A stretch of 64,000 bases of DNA from Octopus vulgaris (GCA_951406725.2 OX597835.1:22816001-22880000), one strand, 5' to 3'. Counted from the first letter of the stretch, positions 40,746 through 53,479 are shown. The notes: a model not told the origin generated them from the sequence alone. Numbers and translations are program-made.

Positions 40746-41818
40746 CAAACATAGTTAAATACATACATAAATATGTGACTCTGTGTGTGCGTTTATTTAC
40801 GAGTTGGTTTCTTACTTTTCATTGGAGTATAAATACCTATAATGGTGATACATAAAAAACATTAAAAAAAATTTCTCCTTTTAAATCGGTCTTACAAATT
40901 TCCCGATAAGCAAGTTTGGTCAAGCACTTACACAGCTTAATTCAGTTCAATTAAAAAAGCATGATTAAGCAATGCATTATAAGCTAGAGATGGGAGCAAT
41001 GACCTCCCCTCGCAAATACTAATTGGACACAGTGTGTCATTATTGGGGATTCTATGTATTTACTTATTTATTATTTACTTGCTTACTTTCTATTATATAT
41101 ATCCTCTCCTCTATATTTCAATGTGGCAATGTCTCCCCTCACATGTTTCTGTATTTTTTTTTTTTTTGCATGTGCTTTAACTCCTCCTTTGATATTGTCT
41201 TCCATGTCTTAGGCCCTTGTGGCCAATAAAAGAAATCATCATCATCATCATCATCGTTTAGCGTCCGTTTTCCATGCTAGCATGGGTTGGACGGTTCAAC
41301 TGGGGTCTGTGAAGCCAGAAGGCTTCACGGCCCAGTCAGATCTGGCATGGTGTTTCTACGGCTGGATGCCCTTCCTAACGCCAACCACTCCATGAGTGTA
41401 GTGGGTGCTTTTTACGTGCCACCCGCACAGGTGCCAGACAGAGCTGGCAAGCGGCCACAAACGGATGGTGCTTTTTATATGCCACCGGCACGGGGGCCAG
41501 GCGAGGCTGGCAAACGGCCACGAACAGATGGTGCTTTTTATGTGCCACCGGCACGGGCCCAGGCGAGGCTGGCAATGGACACGAATGGATGGTGCTTTTT
41601 ACGTGCCACCGGCACGAGGCCAGTCGGGGCGGTGCTGGCAACGGTCGCAAATGGATGGTTCTCTTACATGCCACCGGCACTGGTAACACATCTGCAATTT
41701 CCATTGATCGATTTCGATTCTGATCCTCACTTGCCTCAACAGGTCTTATTACTAAATTTTAAAAAGTCTTTAAATGTTTTTGTATCTCATTTTATAATCA
41801 TCCATTTTCATCTTTCAG

Positions 41819-41916
41819 GAGTTCTCAAAGTGTGACGCTTCCAGAGGTTGGAAAATATGCCACACACACAAGCTCAGGATTTGTTTACTAAAATGGTGGA
41901 AGATTTCGACCTTCAG
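41819..41916 (+). CDS. GLT1: Glutamate synthase exon 3 with an apparent internal frameshift (KSSQSVTLPEVGKYAT / HTQAQDLFTKMVEDFDLQ)
   Basis: Acceptor ctttcag and donor cag|gtaaag. LPxxGxYAT lies in the entry frame, while the 3' half fits exon 4 only in a different frame. 98 nt cannot join phase 2 to phase 0. Confidence 0.85.
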
Positions 41917-42680
41917 GTAAAGAATACTAGAAAATACAATTGCTTTTTAATCTACCCATGGTATGAAGCTCGCTTCCTGACCACGTGCTCTTGGGTATTT
42001 CTTGAGTTTCTATAGTGTCTTGATTTCATGAACATCAAAAATTCAAATGGTAATTGTAGTTAAGACACCAGTGCTGGTGACACGTAAAAGCACCGTTTGA
42101 GCGTAGCAGTTACTAGCGTCGCCTAACTGGCGTCCTTGTTGGTGACACGTAAAAACACTAACCAATCATGGCCGTTTGCCAACTAGCACTGGCTCCTGTG
42201 CCAGTAGCACGTAAAAAACACCCACTACACTCACAGAGTGGTTGGCGTTAGGAAGGGCATCCACCTGTAGAAACACTGCCAAATCAGACTGGAGCCTGGT
42301 GCAGCCTCCATGGCTTACCAGACCCCAGTCGAACCGTCCAACCCATGCTAGCATGGAAAACAGATGTCAAATGATGATGATGATTTCATAGAAAGCTTCC
42401 AAATGTCCCAACTGTAAGCTGCAAACTAGCCACTTGTGACAAGCTGTGTTTAGTGGGGTATGTTCAAAGTGCTTTTACAGCCATTTCTTCAATCTGGTGT
42501 AACAAAAGTCAGCAGGTCAGCTTATAACATGTATGGTAATGGTGTGCTAAAATTACAGTAACCTAAGACAACTAAATCTGCTAAATCAACCAAATTTGTC
42601 ACCTAAAATTTCCTGAAAAGATACACACACACTCACACACAACAGAGAACAAAATAAGAACCATGATAAATGACAATTTA

Positions 42681-42714
<34 letters not shown>

Positions 42715-42875
42715 CAGACAGACAGACAAACAAACAGAGAGATGTTTGTTTAAAAAGTTGGCCATAACTTTGTAACTGATTACATCTTTGTTCCTCATAG
42801 TATTCATTACTTGTTTACAGAAATATGTAATTAAATAACATTGTTTTTTTTGTCTAAGTGGAGATTTATCTACAC

Positions 42876-42921
<46 letters not shown>

Positions 42922-43664
42922 GACATCCAAGAATTAACTGTCTGTTTCAATGAAAGAAGGCACATGATTTTATGTTTGAAAATTTTCAACATGTGCTCTG
43001 TCTGTATCCCTGTCCTTAGTCTTGCAAAATACATTTTGAAGCATTTCAGGAATTATCTCCTGCAATGCTAATTGAATGCATTCTTTAAGTTCAGTTAAAT
43101 TATTGCTCCAATTATTGCTGGGAATGGAGCTAGAAGAAATGATTGCAGCCAGATTGAAAAAAAAAAATTAATAAAACCTGTTATGGATAGATTAGTGAAA
43201 TCCAAAAGGAATGAAAGTAAAATTATTGAAAAAATTTATAAACATTATAAAATTATAGGTGTGGGTTTGTTGTAAGAAACTTGGTTCCTGGTTCCACATG
43301 GTTCTAGGTTCAGTCCCACCACGTGGCACCGTGGGCATAGCCTCAGGCCAATCAACTTAGAGGTTCGGCAAAAGAGATCAAATAAGTAATGGTATTGATT
43401 TGTTTGGCAAAAACCTGTTTAGGTGGCACTCCAGCATGGCCACTATCTCATGACAGATACAAGTAAAAGATAATAGGTAAATGCATCAAGCATATGTATT
43501 CTCTCTTTGTAATAATAATACAAGAATTGAAAAGATAAGAAGAAATGTGATGATGATAATGGTAATCCTATCACATCTGATAAACAAAATCCTTTATCAA
43601 ATTGACCACAACAGTTATAATTGCCATATTTCAAAATAACGCAGGAAAATAATAACAATCATCA

Positions 43665-44145
43665 TCATAATCATCATCATCACCATTTAATGTCCGTTGT
43701 CCATGCTGTCATGGGTTGGACAGTTTGACCAGGGCTGGCAAAATGGAAGGCTGCACCAGACTCCAGCCTGATTTGACATGGTTTCTATGTCTGGATGCCC
43801 TTCCTAATGCCAACCACCTTGAGAGTGCAATGGCACAGGTGCCATCTGCATGACACAAGTATCTGCCATGACTACGACTTCACTTGGCCCGACATGTCCT
43901 CTTGAGCACAGCACATCACCAAAGGTCTTGGTCACTAGTCATTGCCTCCGTGTGGCCCAACGTTCCAAGATCATGCTTCATCACCTCATCCCATGTCTTC
44001 CTTGGACTACCTGTACCACAGGTTCCCTCCACAGTTAGAGATTGGCAGTTCGTTATGCAACTGTCCTCATCCATATGCATCACGTGCCCATGCCAGTGCA
44101 GTTGTCTCTCTTGCACACCACATCTGATGCTTCTTATACCCAACT
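43665..44145 (-). mobile_element. RTE LINE 3' fragment including the ORF C-terminus
   Basis: KLGIRSIRCGVQERQLHWHGHVMHMDEDSC...VEG..G.G.PRKTWDEV..DL matches the RTE L.W.GHV.R...GRP.KTW terminus. Confidence 0.85.
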
Positions 44146-44306
44146 TTTTTTTTAAGATGCTTATACTCATCATCATCATCATCATCATCATCATTGCTTT
44201 AATATTCACTTTTCCATCCTTGCATGGGTTGGACAGAATTTATTAGAGTAGATTTTCCCAGGACTTATTCTTTGCTCATCACTCACATTGATGTTGTCAA
44301 TTTTAA

Positions 44307-44527
44307 CCCTTTCTTTACTGTATTTATTTTGAGATGTTCTGTGTTTCTTTCAATTATTTTAAATATAACAAAGAATTTAGTAAAATAACCTAGTTATCAT
44401 TAAGCTAGTGTTAGGAACATAAATTGTGACTAAGGTTTGGTGGAAGATTTTTATTCAAAACTTATGAAAACAAGATCTTTGTACTACAGAGCCAGAGCCG
44501 GTTTTGGCCGGGTTGGTATCGAAAGGG
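44307..44527. mobile_element. piggyBac-type MITE; second copy at 61306-61527 nested inside a family B SINE
   Basis: TTAA-CCCTTT...AAAGGG-TTAA termini. Two highly similar ~221-bp copies. Confidence 0.88.
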
Positions 44528-46115
44528 TTAATAAAAGATATTCCAGCAGTATGATGCATTTTTCACAATTTCTAACCATGAAAATAATTTCATAAAAATT
44601 AAAAGTTTAAGACTGTACACGTTTGAAATGTAAAAAGTGTGTCATCTTCAATAGAATTTCTTAATTTGTCTTACATGTATGTTTTAGCTAACATTTTAAT
44701 TGCCAGCATCAGTACCCAGTACGCATTTAAGAAATGGTATGGCAGGGTAAGGTATTAAGGTATTTTAAATGAGGAGGGTGGTCAATGCAGAAGGAGAAGT
44801 GGCTAAAGGGGGGAGAGGTGATGTGGAAGGAGAAGTGGCTAAAGGGGGTCAGTGGTCAAACAAGTTTGGCGACCCCTGATCTAAACCTTCAAGGCAGTAC
44901 CCCAGCATGGCCACATTCCAGTGACTGAAACAGATTAAATGAAAAAAAATATCTGTCTATACACATACACAGATGTGTATGTGTGCGTGTGTATGTGCTT
45001 GTGTTTGTAAGCATGCGTGTGTTAACCTTAACAGAAAGATCAATTTCTTTGAAAGTCCAGATCAGATGAAAGCAATCTCAGAAGACTCTCCTTGCAATGT
45101 ATCATTTTCCCATCTTTGATGCTGTCATATCTTTAGAATCAATAGAGTCGCCGTTTTTTATTTCTGAAGATTTCTGATAGTATGTCTGGCTTATTATGTT
45201 GGCTCTGCTAACCCTGATTTAAAATCTGGTCTGATGTTGCTGTATTTTTACAATGTTATTGGTGACTGCATAGACTGAACTAATGTGTATGGAAACGCAC
45301 ACACATACACAGAGACGGAGAGAGAGAAAGAGAGAGATGGAGAGAGAGAGAGAGAGAGAGAGGGGTATGTATGTACTCTCTCTACTCTTTTACTCTTTTA
45401 CTTGTTTCAGTCATTTGACTGCGGCCATGCTGGAGCACCGCCTTTAATCGAGCAACTCGACCCCGGGACTTATTCTTTTGTAAGCCCAGTACTTATTCTA
45501 TCAGTCTCTTTTGCCGAACCGCTAAGTAACGGGAACATAAACACACCAGCATCGGTTGTCAAGCAATGCTAGGGGGACAAACACAGACACACAAACACAC
45601 ACACGCATATATATATACGATGGGCTTCTTTCAGTTTCCGTCTACCAAATCCACTCACAAGGCTTTAGTCGGCTCGAGGCTATAGTAGAAGACACTTGCC
45701 TAAGGTGCCACGCAGTGGGACTGAACCCGGAACCATGTGGTTGGTAAACAAGCTACTTACCACACAGCCACCCCTGCACCTATGCATGTATATATGTAAA
45801 GTATGGGAATGAATGTGTGTGTGTTTATTTGTATCTTGTCTTGACAGTGTGTGGTAGTTGTAAATGAATGTCACCATCATACAAGCAGTGTCTTTCATTT
45901 CAAATGTTTTACAAAACCATGTCTCACCATAGAAAAAATATTACCTTGCTTGGAAACAGGCAAGGGTGACCAACAGGCGGGTCATCTGACCATACAAAGT
46001 CTCCCTCGATGAATTCCATCTGACCCATGCAAGCATGAAAAGTGATGTCGTCAAAATGATAACACTATACACATACACGCACATACGTGTGTGTTTGTAT
46101 ATATATATATATATA

Positions 46116-46302
46116 GTTAATCCAAACATGAAACACAAAGAGAAAACACAACAACGCGAGGACGTGGAACAAATATAGTATTATCGGACACTCAGGAAGG
46201 AAGGGAAGAAGGAGGGTTTAACGTTTCGAGCGGAGCTCTTCGTCAGAAACATAGGAGAAGGAAAGATCCAGAGAAGTGAAGACAGAAGACAAAAAATCGC
46301 CA
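46116..46302 (-). mobile_element. Penelope-like terminal-repeat fragment next to (TA)n; related fragments at ~12315-12510(+) and ~14318-14438(-)
   Basis: Short inserts beside TA microsatellites that share CCTGAG.G....TA.TA motifs and carry minimal hammerhead folds, as described for Penelope-like elements. Confidence 0.6.
46216..46250 (-). ncRNA. Minimal type I hammerhead ribozyme motif
   Basis: GUUU-CUGACGA-A-GAGC(UCC)GCUC-GAA-AC-GU-U-AAAC: both catalytic boxes, stem I GUUU/AAAC, 4-bp stem II and palindromic stem III ACGU. Confidence 0.72.
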
Positions 46303-46449
46303 TGTGTGTGTTTGTGTATGTATATGTATATGTGTCCTTAGTCAAAAGACATCTGTTGTTAATGTCCTTATTTGCATTTGTATTTGTGTATCATTTCTCT
46401 AACATCTTACCTCACAACCATGCCTCCACCTATATATGTACACACATAA

Positions 46450-46768
46450 GAGCACTCCGTCGGTTCTGACGACGAGGATCTCAGCTGATCCAATCAACAG
46501 AACAGCTTGCTCGTGAGATTAATGTACAAGTGGCTGAGTACTCCACAGACACATGTACCTCTTTACATACTTCTCAGGGAATTTCAGCATGACACAGAGT
46601 GTGACAAGGCCGGCCCTTTGAAGTACAGGTATAACTCATTTTTGCCAACTGAGTGGACTGGAGCAACATGAAATAAAGTGTCTTGCTCAAGGACACAACA
46701 CACAGCCAGGAATTGAACTCATGACCCTACAATCACAAGCTAAACACCCTAACCACTAAGCCACATGC
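46450..46768 (-). mobile_element. Third tRNA-derived CORE-type SINE family (also ~19598-19868(-), ~9790-10040(-), and a related body at 31150-31394(+))
   Basis: Minus strand reads GTGGCTTAGTGGTTAGGG...GAGTTCAATTCC...GTGTCCTTGAGCAAGACAC. Dispersed copies. Confidence 0.78.
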
Positions 46769-46881
46769 TCTCCCACATACACACATACACATATTTAAAG
46801 ACAGAGAAAAAGAAAGATATAAATAGATTTATTACTCCATTTATTAATCCATTTTCAATAATTTTGTGTATTTTTTATCAG

Positions 46882-46962
46882 ATTTTGTGTTGGCGCAATT
46901 TAGATGTTGATGTAGAAATCCTGGGACGAGTTGCAAAAGAAAAGGAACCTTTTATCAAACAG
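46882..46962 (+). CDS. GLT1: Glutamate synthase exon 4 (ILCWRNLDVDVEILGRVAKEKEPFIKQ)
   Basis: Matches the GOGAT WR.V....LG..A...EP.I.Q pattern. Acceptor tatcag, donor cag|gtgaga, phases 0/0. Confidence 0.93.
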
Positions 46963-47844
46963 GTGAGATCTTGGTTTATCAATGTATGTTTGAATGAGGA
47001 CCTAAGGGACCATATGTTTATTGCACGGATTATCTTGTAATTTTCTATGGGTTTGTCATTTCACTTTAGGGTTAACACTGATCAAACAGATCTGTGGTCA
47101 AGGACCTTCTGACCGTGACTAACCCATCTGTTTTGTAGTATCTCAGAATATGTTATCAAGTATTTCTTTTCATTATTTAACCTGTCCAACGTTAGAAAAT
47201 GATAGGTTAAGCCTCTGATCAAAGACATTCCAGCCATGACCATACAGTCTTTTATTTAGTAATTCAGGCATAGTGTATCAAGGACTGCACTATCCAAAAG
47301 TTTCTTTATTCTTTCTTTTTTTTTTTTCAAGGACAGTAGGGAGTGGTTTGAGGGAAATTTGGCTACTGTTTCTAACAAGTGAAGCCACTGCATACAAGAC
47401 TTTTAACATTGGCTATACAGGTTAAGGAATGATTTGAGAGAGATTTGGCTGCTTTTCTAGCAGATCAAGCAACCCTGTGACTTTTTTTTTGTTGTTTTTT
47501 TTACATCATATCAAAATCTCTTCAACTGTTAAGGTTAAGAAAAAAGGAAAGAGAGAGAGAAAGAGAGTGTGTGTGTTTGTGTGTTTCTTTTTGTTTTCTC
47601 TCCATTATGCAGCTTTATTTAATGCATCTTGTCAAAAACATTTCAAATACATTTATCAAACATTTGACAGGTTTCCAACTGTCAGCAATTTTGACAAATT
47701 CCATATTTTCTGTCAGTATTTCTACAAATTTACTTAAAAGAACAAACATCCACTGTCACTCATTTGAAACCTCTCCCATCGTCCCTTCTTTCCCCCTCTT
47801 TCTCCAATCTCCCCTTTATCCCTTTCTCCAATCTCCCCTTTATC

Positions 47845-50800
47845 CCTTTCTCCCATCTCTCTCCCATTTCTCTTCTCCCTATCTCTCTCTATTGCCCCCC
47901 TCTTGCTCCCACCCTTTCTCCCATCTCTCTCCCATTTCTCTTCTCCCTATCTCTCTCTATTGTCCCCCTCTTGCTCCCACCCTTTCTCCCATCTCTCTCC
48001 CATTTCTCTTCTCCCTATCTCTCTCCATTGCACCCCTCTTGCTCCCACCTCTCTCCCATTTCGCTTCTTCCTATCTCTCTCCGTTGCCCCCCTCTTGCTC
48101 CCACCCTTTCTCCCATCTCTCTCCCATTTCTCTTCTCCCTATCTCTCTCTATTGCCCCCCTCTTGCTCCCACCCTTTCTCCCATCTCTCTCCCATTTCTC
48201 TTCTCCCTATCTCTCTCTATTGCCCCCCTCTTGCTCCCACCCTTTCTCCCATCTCTCTCCCATTTCTCTTCTCTCTATCTCTCTATTGCCCCCCTCTTGC
48301 TCCCACCCTTTCTCCCATTTCTCTTCTCCCTATCTCTCTCCATTGCCCCCCTCTTGCTCCCACCCTTTCTCCTTCTCCCTATCTCTCTCCATTGCCCCCT
48401 CTTGCTCCCACCCTTTCTCCCATCTCTCTCTCATTTCTCTTCTCCCTATCTCTCTCCATTGCCCCCCTCTTGCTCCCACCCTTTCTCCCATCTCTCTCCC
48501 ATTTCTCTTCTCCCTATCTCTCTCCATTGCCCCCCTCTTGCTCCCACCCTTTCTCCCATCTCTCTCCCATTTCTCTTCTCCCTATCTCTCTCCATTGCCC
48601 CCCTCTTGCTCCCACCCTTTCTCCCATCTCTCTCCCATTTCTCTTCTCCCTATCTCTCTCCATTGCCCCCCTCTTGCTCCCACCCTTTCTCCCATCTCTC
48701 TCCCATTTCTCTTCTCCCTATCTCTCTCCATTTCCCCCCCTCTTGCTCCCACCCTTTCTCCCATTTCTCTTCTCCCTATCTCTCTCTATTGCCCCCCTCT
48801 TGCTCCCACCCTTTCTCCCATCTCTCTCCCATTTCTCTTCTCCCTATCTCTCTCCATTGCCCCCCTCTTGCTCCCACCCTTTCTCCCATCTCTCTCCCAT
48901 TTCTCTTCTCTCTATCTCTCTATTGCCCCCCCCCCTTGCTCCCACCCTTTCTCCCATTTCTCTTCTCCCTATCTCTCTCTATTGCCCCCCTCTTGCTCCC
49001 ACCCTTTCTCCCATCTCTCTCCCATTTCTCTTCTCCCTATCTCTCTCTATTGTCCCCCTCTTGCTCCCACCCTTTCTCCCATCTCTCTCCCATTTCTCTT
49101 CTCCCTATCTCTCTCCATTGCACCCCTCTTGCTCCCACCTCTCTCCCATTTCGCTTCTTCCTATCTCTCTCCGTTGCCCCCCCCCTCTTGCTCCCACCCT
49201 TTCTCCCATCTCTCTCTCATTTCTCTTCTTCCTATCTCTCTCCGTTGCCCCCCTCTTGCTCCCACCCTTTCTCCCATCTCTCTCCCATTTCTCTTCTCCC
49301 TATCTCTCTCTATTGCCCCCCTCTTGCTCCCACCCTTTCTCCCATCTCTCTCCCATTTCTCTTCTCCCTATCTCTCTCCATTGCCCCCCTCTTGCTCCCA
49401 CCCTTTCTCCCATCTCTCTCTCATTTCTCTTCTCCCTATCTTTCTCCATTGCCCCCCTCTTGCTCCCACCCTTTCTCCCATCTCTCTCCCATTTCTCTTC
49501 TCCCTATCTCTCTCCATTGCCCCCCTCTTGCTCCCACCCTTTCTCCCATCTCTCTCCCATTTCTCTTCTCCCTATCTCTCTCCATTGCCCCCCTCTTGCT
49601 CCCACCCTTTCTCCCATCTCTCTCCCATTTCTCTTCTCTCTATCTCTCTCTATTGCCCCCCTCTTGCTCCCACCCTTTCTCCCATTTCTCTTCTCCCTAT
49701 CTCTCTCTATTGCCCCCCTCTTGCTCCCACCCTTTCTCCCATCTCTCTCCCATTTCTCTTCTCCCTATCTCTCTCTATTGTCCCCCTCTTGCTCCCACCC
49801 TTTCTCCCATTTCTCTTCTCCCTATCTCTCTCTATTGCCCCCCTCTTGCTCCCACCCTTTCTCCCATCTCTCTCCCATTTCTCTTCTCCCTATCTCTCTC
49901 CATTGCACCCCTCTTGCTCCCACCCTCTCTCCCATTTCGCTTCTTCCTATCTCTCTCCGTTGCTCCCCCTCTTGCTCCCACCCTTTCTCCCATCTCTCTC
50001 CCATTTCTCTTCTCTCTATCTCTCTCCATTGCCCCCCTCTTGCTCCCACCCTTTCTCCCATTTCTCTTCTTCCTATCTCTCTCTGTTGCACCCCTCTTGC
50101 TCCCACCCTTTCTCCCATCTCTCTCCCATTTCTCTTCTCCCTATCTCTCTCTATTGCCCCCCTCTTGCTCCCACCCTTTCTCCCATCTCTCTCCCATTTC
50201 TCTTCTCCCTATCTCTCTCCATTGCCCCCCTCTTGCTCCCACCCTTTCTCCCATCTCTCTCTCATTTCTCTTCTCCCTATCTCTCTCTATTGCCCCCCTC
50301 TTGCTCCCACCCTTTCTCCCATCTCTCTCCCATTTCTCTTCTCCCTATCTCTCTCTATTGCCCCCCTCTTGCTCCCACCCTTTCTCCCATCTCTCTCCCA
50401 TTTCTCTTCTCCCTATCTCTCTCCATTGCCCCCTCTTGCTCCCACCCTTTCTCCCATCTCTCTCCCATTTCTCTTCTCTCTATCTCTCTATTGCCCCCCT
50501 CTTGCTCCCACCCTTTCTTCCATTTCTCTTCTCCCTATCTCTCTCCATTGCCCCCCTCTTGCTCCCACCCTTTCTCCCATCTCTCTCTCATTTCTCTTCT
50601 CCCTATCTCTCTCCATTGCCCCCCTCTTGCTCCCACCCTTTCTCCCATCTCTCTCCCATTTCTCTTCTCCCTATCTCTCTCCATTGCCCCCCTCTTGCTC
50701 CCACCCTTTCTCCCATCTCTCTCCCATTTCTCTTCTCCCTATCTCTCTCCATTGCCCCCCTCTTGCTCCCACCCTTTCTCCCATCTCTCTCCCATTTCTC

Positions 50801-50975
50801 TTCTCCCTATCTCTCTCCATTGCCCCCCTCTTGCTCCCACCCTTTCTCCCATTTCTCTTCTCCCTATCTCTCTCCATTGCCCCCCTCTTGCTCCCACCCT
50901 TTCTCCCATCTCTCTCCCATTTCTCTTCTCCCTATCTCTCTCCATTGCCCCCCTCTTGCTCCCACCCTTTCTCCC
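47845..50975. repeat. 68-bp pyrimidine-rich minisatellite with 57-bp variants, intron 4
   Basis: Unit starts at 48481, 48549 and 48617. Almost entirely C/T on the + strand. Confidence 0.97.
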
Positions 50976-51200
50976 TACCCATCCACATCATCCCTCTCCC
51001 AGTATTCCCTATCTCTCCACCTCATCTCTACCTTTCTCCTCTACCTTTCCCCTCTCTTCTCCCTCCTCATCTCCATCTTCCTTCGCATCTCATTTCCCCT
51101 CTTTATCCCCTTTGTCATTTCTCTAAAATTTTAACCTGTTTTTGTACCAAAACAAAACTAATCCCAATATTTTAAGTCGAAATTTCTTTGATATTTTCAG

Positions 51201-51257
51201 GTCTTCATCATTAACAAAAATGGCGACAGCTTTGAAAAATCAGAGTTTGAAAAGCAA
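51201..51257 (+). CDS. GLT1: Glutamate synthase exon 5 (VFIINKNGDSFEKSEFEKQ)
   Basis: Acceptor ttttcag, donor caa|gtgagt, 57 nt. Completes the Q-VF..FE.Q-LY.LRK segment between exons 4 and 6. Not in the ORF track. Confidence 0.88.
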
Positions 51258-51481
51258 GTGAGTTCAGAATTTTATTTTCGGTGTAGAAGCTTGACTCTCC
51301 AACTTTTATGAGTAAACACTTTCTTATGTGAGTGGAAAAGTGGCAGAGTTAAAAGTGCATCAGACGAAACACAGTATTTATTTCAGCACCTGTCATTCTG
51401 AGTTCAAATCTTATCATGGTCAACTTTGCCTTTTGTTCTTTTGGCATTGTTAAATAAAGTAGCAGTCTCAGGTAGTACAGT

Positions 51482-51730
51482 GGAGGCACATGGCCTAGTG
51501 GTTAGAGCAGCGGATTTGTGGTCGAGGGATCATGGGTTCGAATTTCAGACCGGGCAATGTGTGAAACACCTAAGGTAATGGCAAACCTCTGCTGACTCTT
51601 TCACAACAACTTTATCTTACTCTTTCCTCCTGCATCTAGCAGCTCACCTGTGACTGACTGGCATCCCATCCAGGTGGGGAACCTATACACCAATGAAACC
51701 AGCCAGACATGGCTAGAGAAGGAGCAAACA
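51482..51730 (+). mobile_element. Fourth tRNA-derived SINE (single degenerate copy)
   Basis: TGGCCTAGTGG (A box), GGTTCGAAT (B box) and a downstream GACTGGCATCCCATCCAGG segment typical of conserved SINE central domains. Confidence 0.65.
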
Positions 51731-53377
51731 ACTCAGATAATGCACTTATGCTGGTGCCACATAAAAGCACCTGTGCTGGTGCTGCATAATAGCACTGGTG
51801 CTAATGTCACATGAAAAGCACTCTGTACACTCTGTAAAGTGGCCGGCATTAGGAAGAACATCCAGCCATAGAAACTGTGCCGGTACAGCTCTTCTGGCTG
51901 GCCAGCTTCTGTCAAAGCCATCCAATCCATGCCAGCATGGTAAACAGATGTTAAATGATGATGATGATTAGTGTTGAATGGTATGCTTTGCAAGTATTTG
52001 TTCTGGGCATGTGCATTTTAAAGTCAAATCTTGCCATGGCCTTCTTGGGTGTTAAAACTTAATCCATGGCCTGGTTTAACACCACCACGTCGTCCTTGGG
52101 TGTTTTTAACATTGCAAGCATTCATGCCAGTCCTCAGTTTAAGGATTCCTTCATCCCTTTCTTCTGTAGCAGGAATATTGAGCAATCACATCACTGTATC
52201 TAATGTCAATTGAATATTACTCACATCATCAAAAACTCTGACCACTCAAGACTGTGCATAGAACTAGCTTCAACAGCAATTTCATCTTTTGGTGCATTTC
52301 TTTCAGAGCCTAACCATCACTATAAATTCAGTACACCATAGCTACTTTGACAGAGAGTGAACAAGATCACAGGCAGACAGCAGCTGACCCAAGCTATGCA
52401 TTTTGCTTGGCATGCTGACAATTCTGCCTACTTGCCACTTTCAGTATTTCTTATATTGATAGGAACACTCCTTTTCATCATCATCATCGTCATCATCATC
52501 GTTTAACGTCCGTTCTCCATGCTAGCATGGGTTGGATGGTTCGACCAGGGATCTGGGAAGCCAGAAGGCTGCACCAGGCTCCAGTCTTATCTGGCAATGT
52601 TTCTACTGCTGGATGCCCTTCCTAACGCCAACCACTCCGTGAGTGTAGTGGGTACTTTTTACATGCCACCTGCACAGGTGCCAGGCGAGGCTGGCAACGG
52701 CCACGGTCGGATTGGTGTATTTTATGTGCCACCGGCACGGAAGCCAGTCGAGGCGGCGCTGGCATCGGCCACGAGTCGGATAGTGCTTTTTACGTACCAC
52801 CAGACCAGGGATCCTGGCTGGTTCAATTCGATTTCGATTGGAAATAGAAAAGGGTTTTGAAGAACTTCAGTTTAGTGTAAGTGAGCAGTTGGTGTGAGAG
52901 TATATATTTCTCTATTACCCACAAGGGGCTAAACATAGAGGGGACAAACAAGGACAGACAAACGGATTAAGTCGATTACATCGACCCCAGTGCGAAACTG
53001 GTACTTTACTTATCGACCCCGGAAGGATGAAAGGCAAAGTCAACCTCGGCGGAATTTGAACTCAGAACGTAACGACAGACGAAATACCACAAAGCATTTC
53101 GCCTGGTGTGCTAACGTTTCTGCCAGCTCGCCGCCTTTTTGGTGTGAGAGTATAGGTTAACACAAGTGGTCAGCTGGTGTCAGCACAGTGCAAGTGGATA
53201 GTTAATGTGACAGTACAAGTTAGTATAGGTGAACAGTTGGAGTGTAGTGAAGTAAACCAACAATCTATTGTCCATTCATCTAATTATTTTCTAAAGTGTC
53301 TTTAATTAATATTTATATATTATTAAAATGTCTTCACTTATTGTTTACTAAAGTGTTTGTAATCTTTTGTTTTAAAG

Positions 53378-53479
53378 CTGTACTTGTTGCGGAAATATTC
53401 TTCACATCACATTCCTGACCAGCTGGAGAGTGGCCGCTTCTACATTTGTAGCCTCTCCACCGCCACCATCGTTTACAAG
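53378..53479 (+). CDS. GLT1: Glutamate synthase exon 6 (LYLLRKYSSHHIPDQLESGRFYICSLSTATIVYK)
   Basis: Contains the FYICSLS..TIVYK(G) motif. Acceptor tttaaag, donor aag|gtgata, 102 nt. Confidence 0.95.

Noticed and set aside
47571-51175. Three ORFs of ~1100 aa
   Set aside because: They are translations of the stop-free 68-bp pyrimidine minisatellite, open in all three frames, inside an intron.
51482-51555. Possible tRNA gene
   Set aside because: A and B boxes are present but there is no convincing cloverleaf, and it continues into a SINE body.
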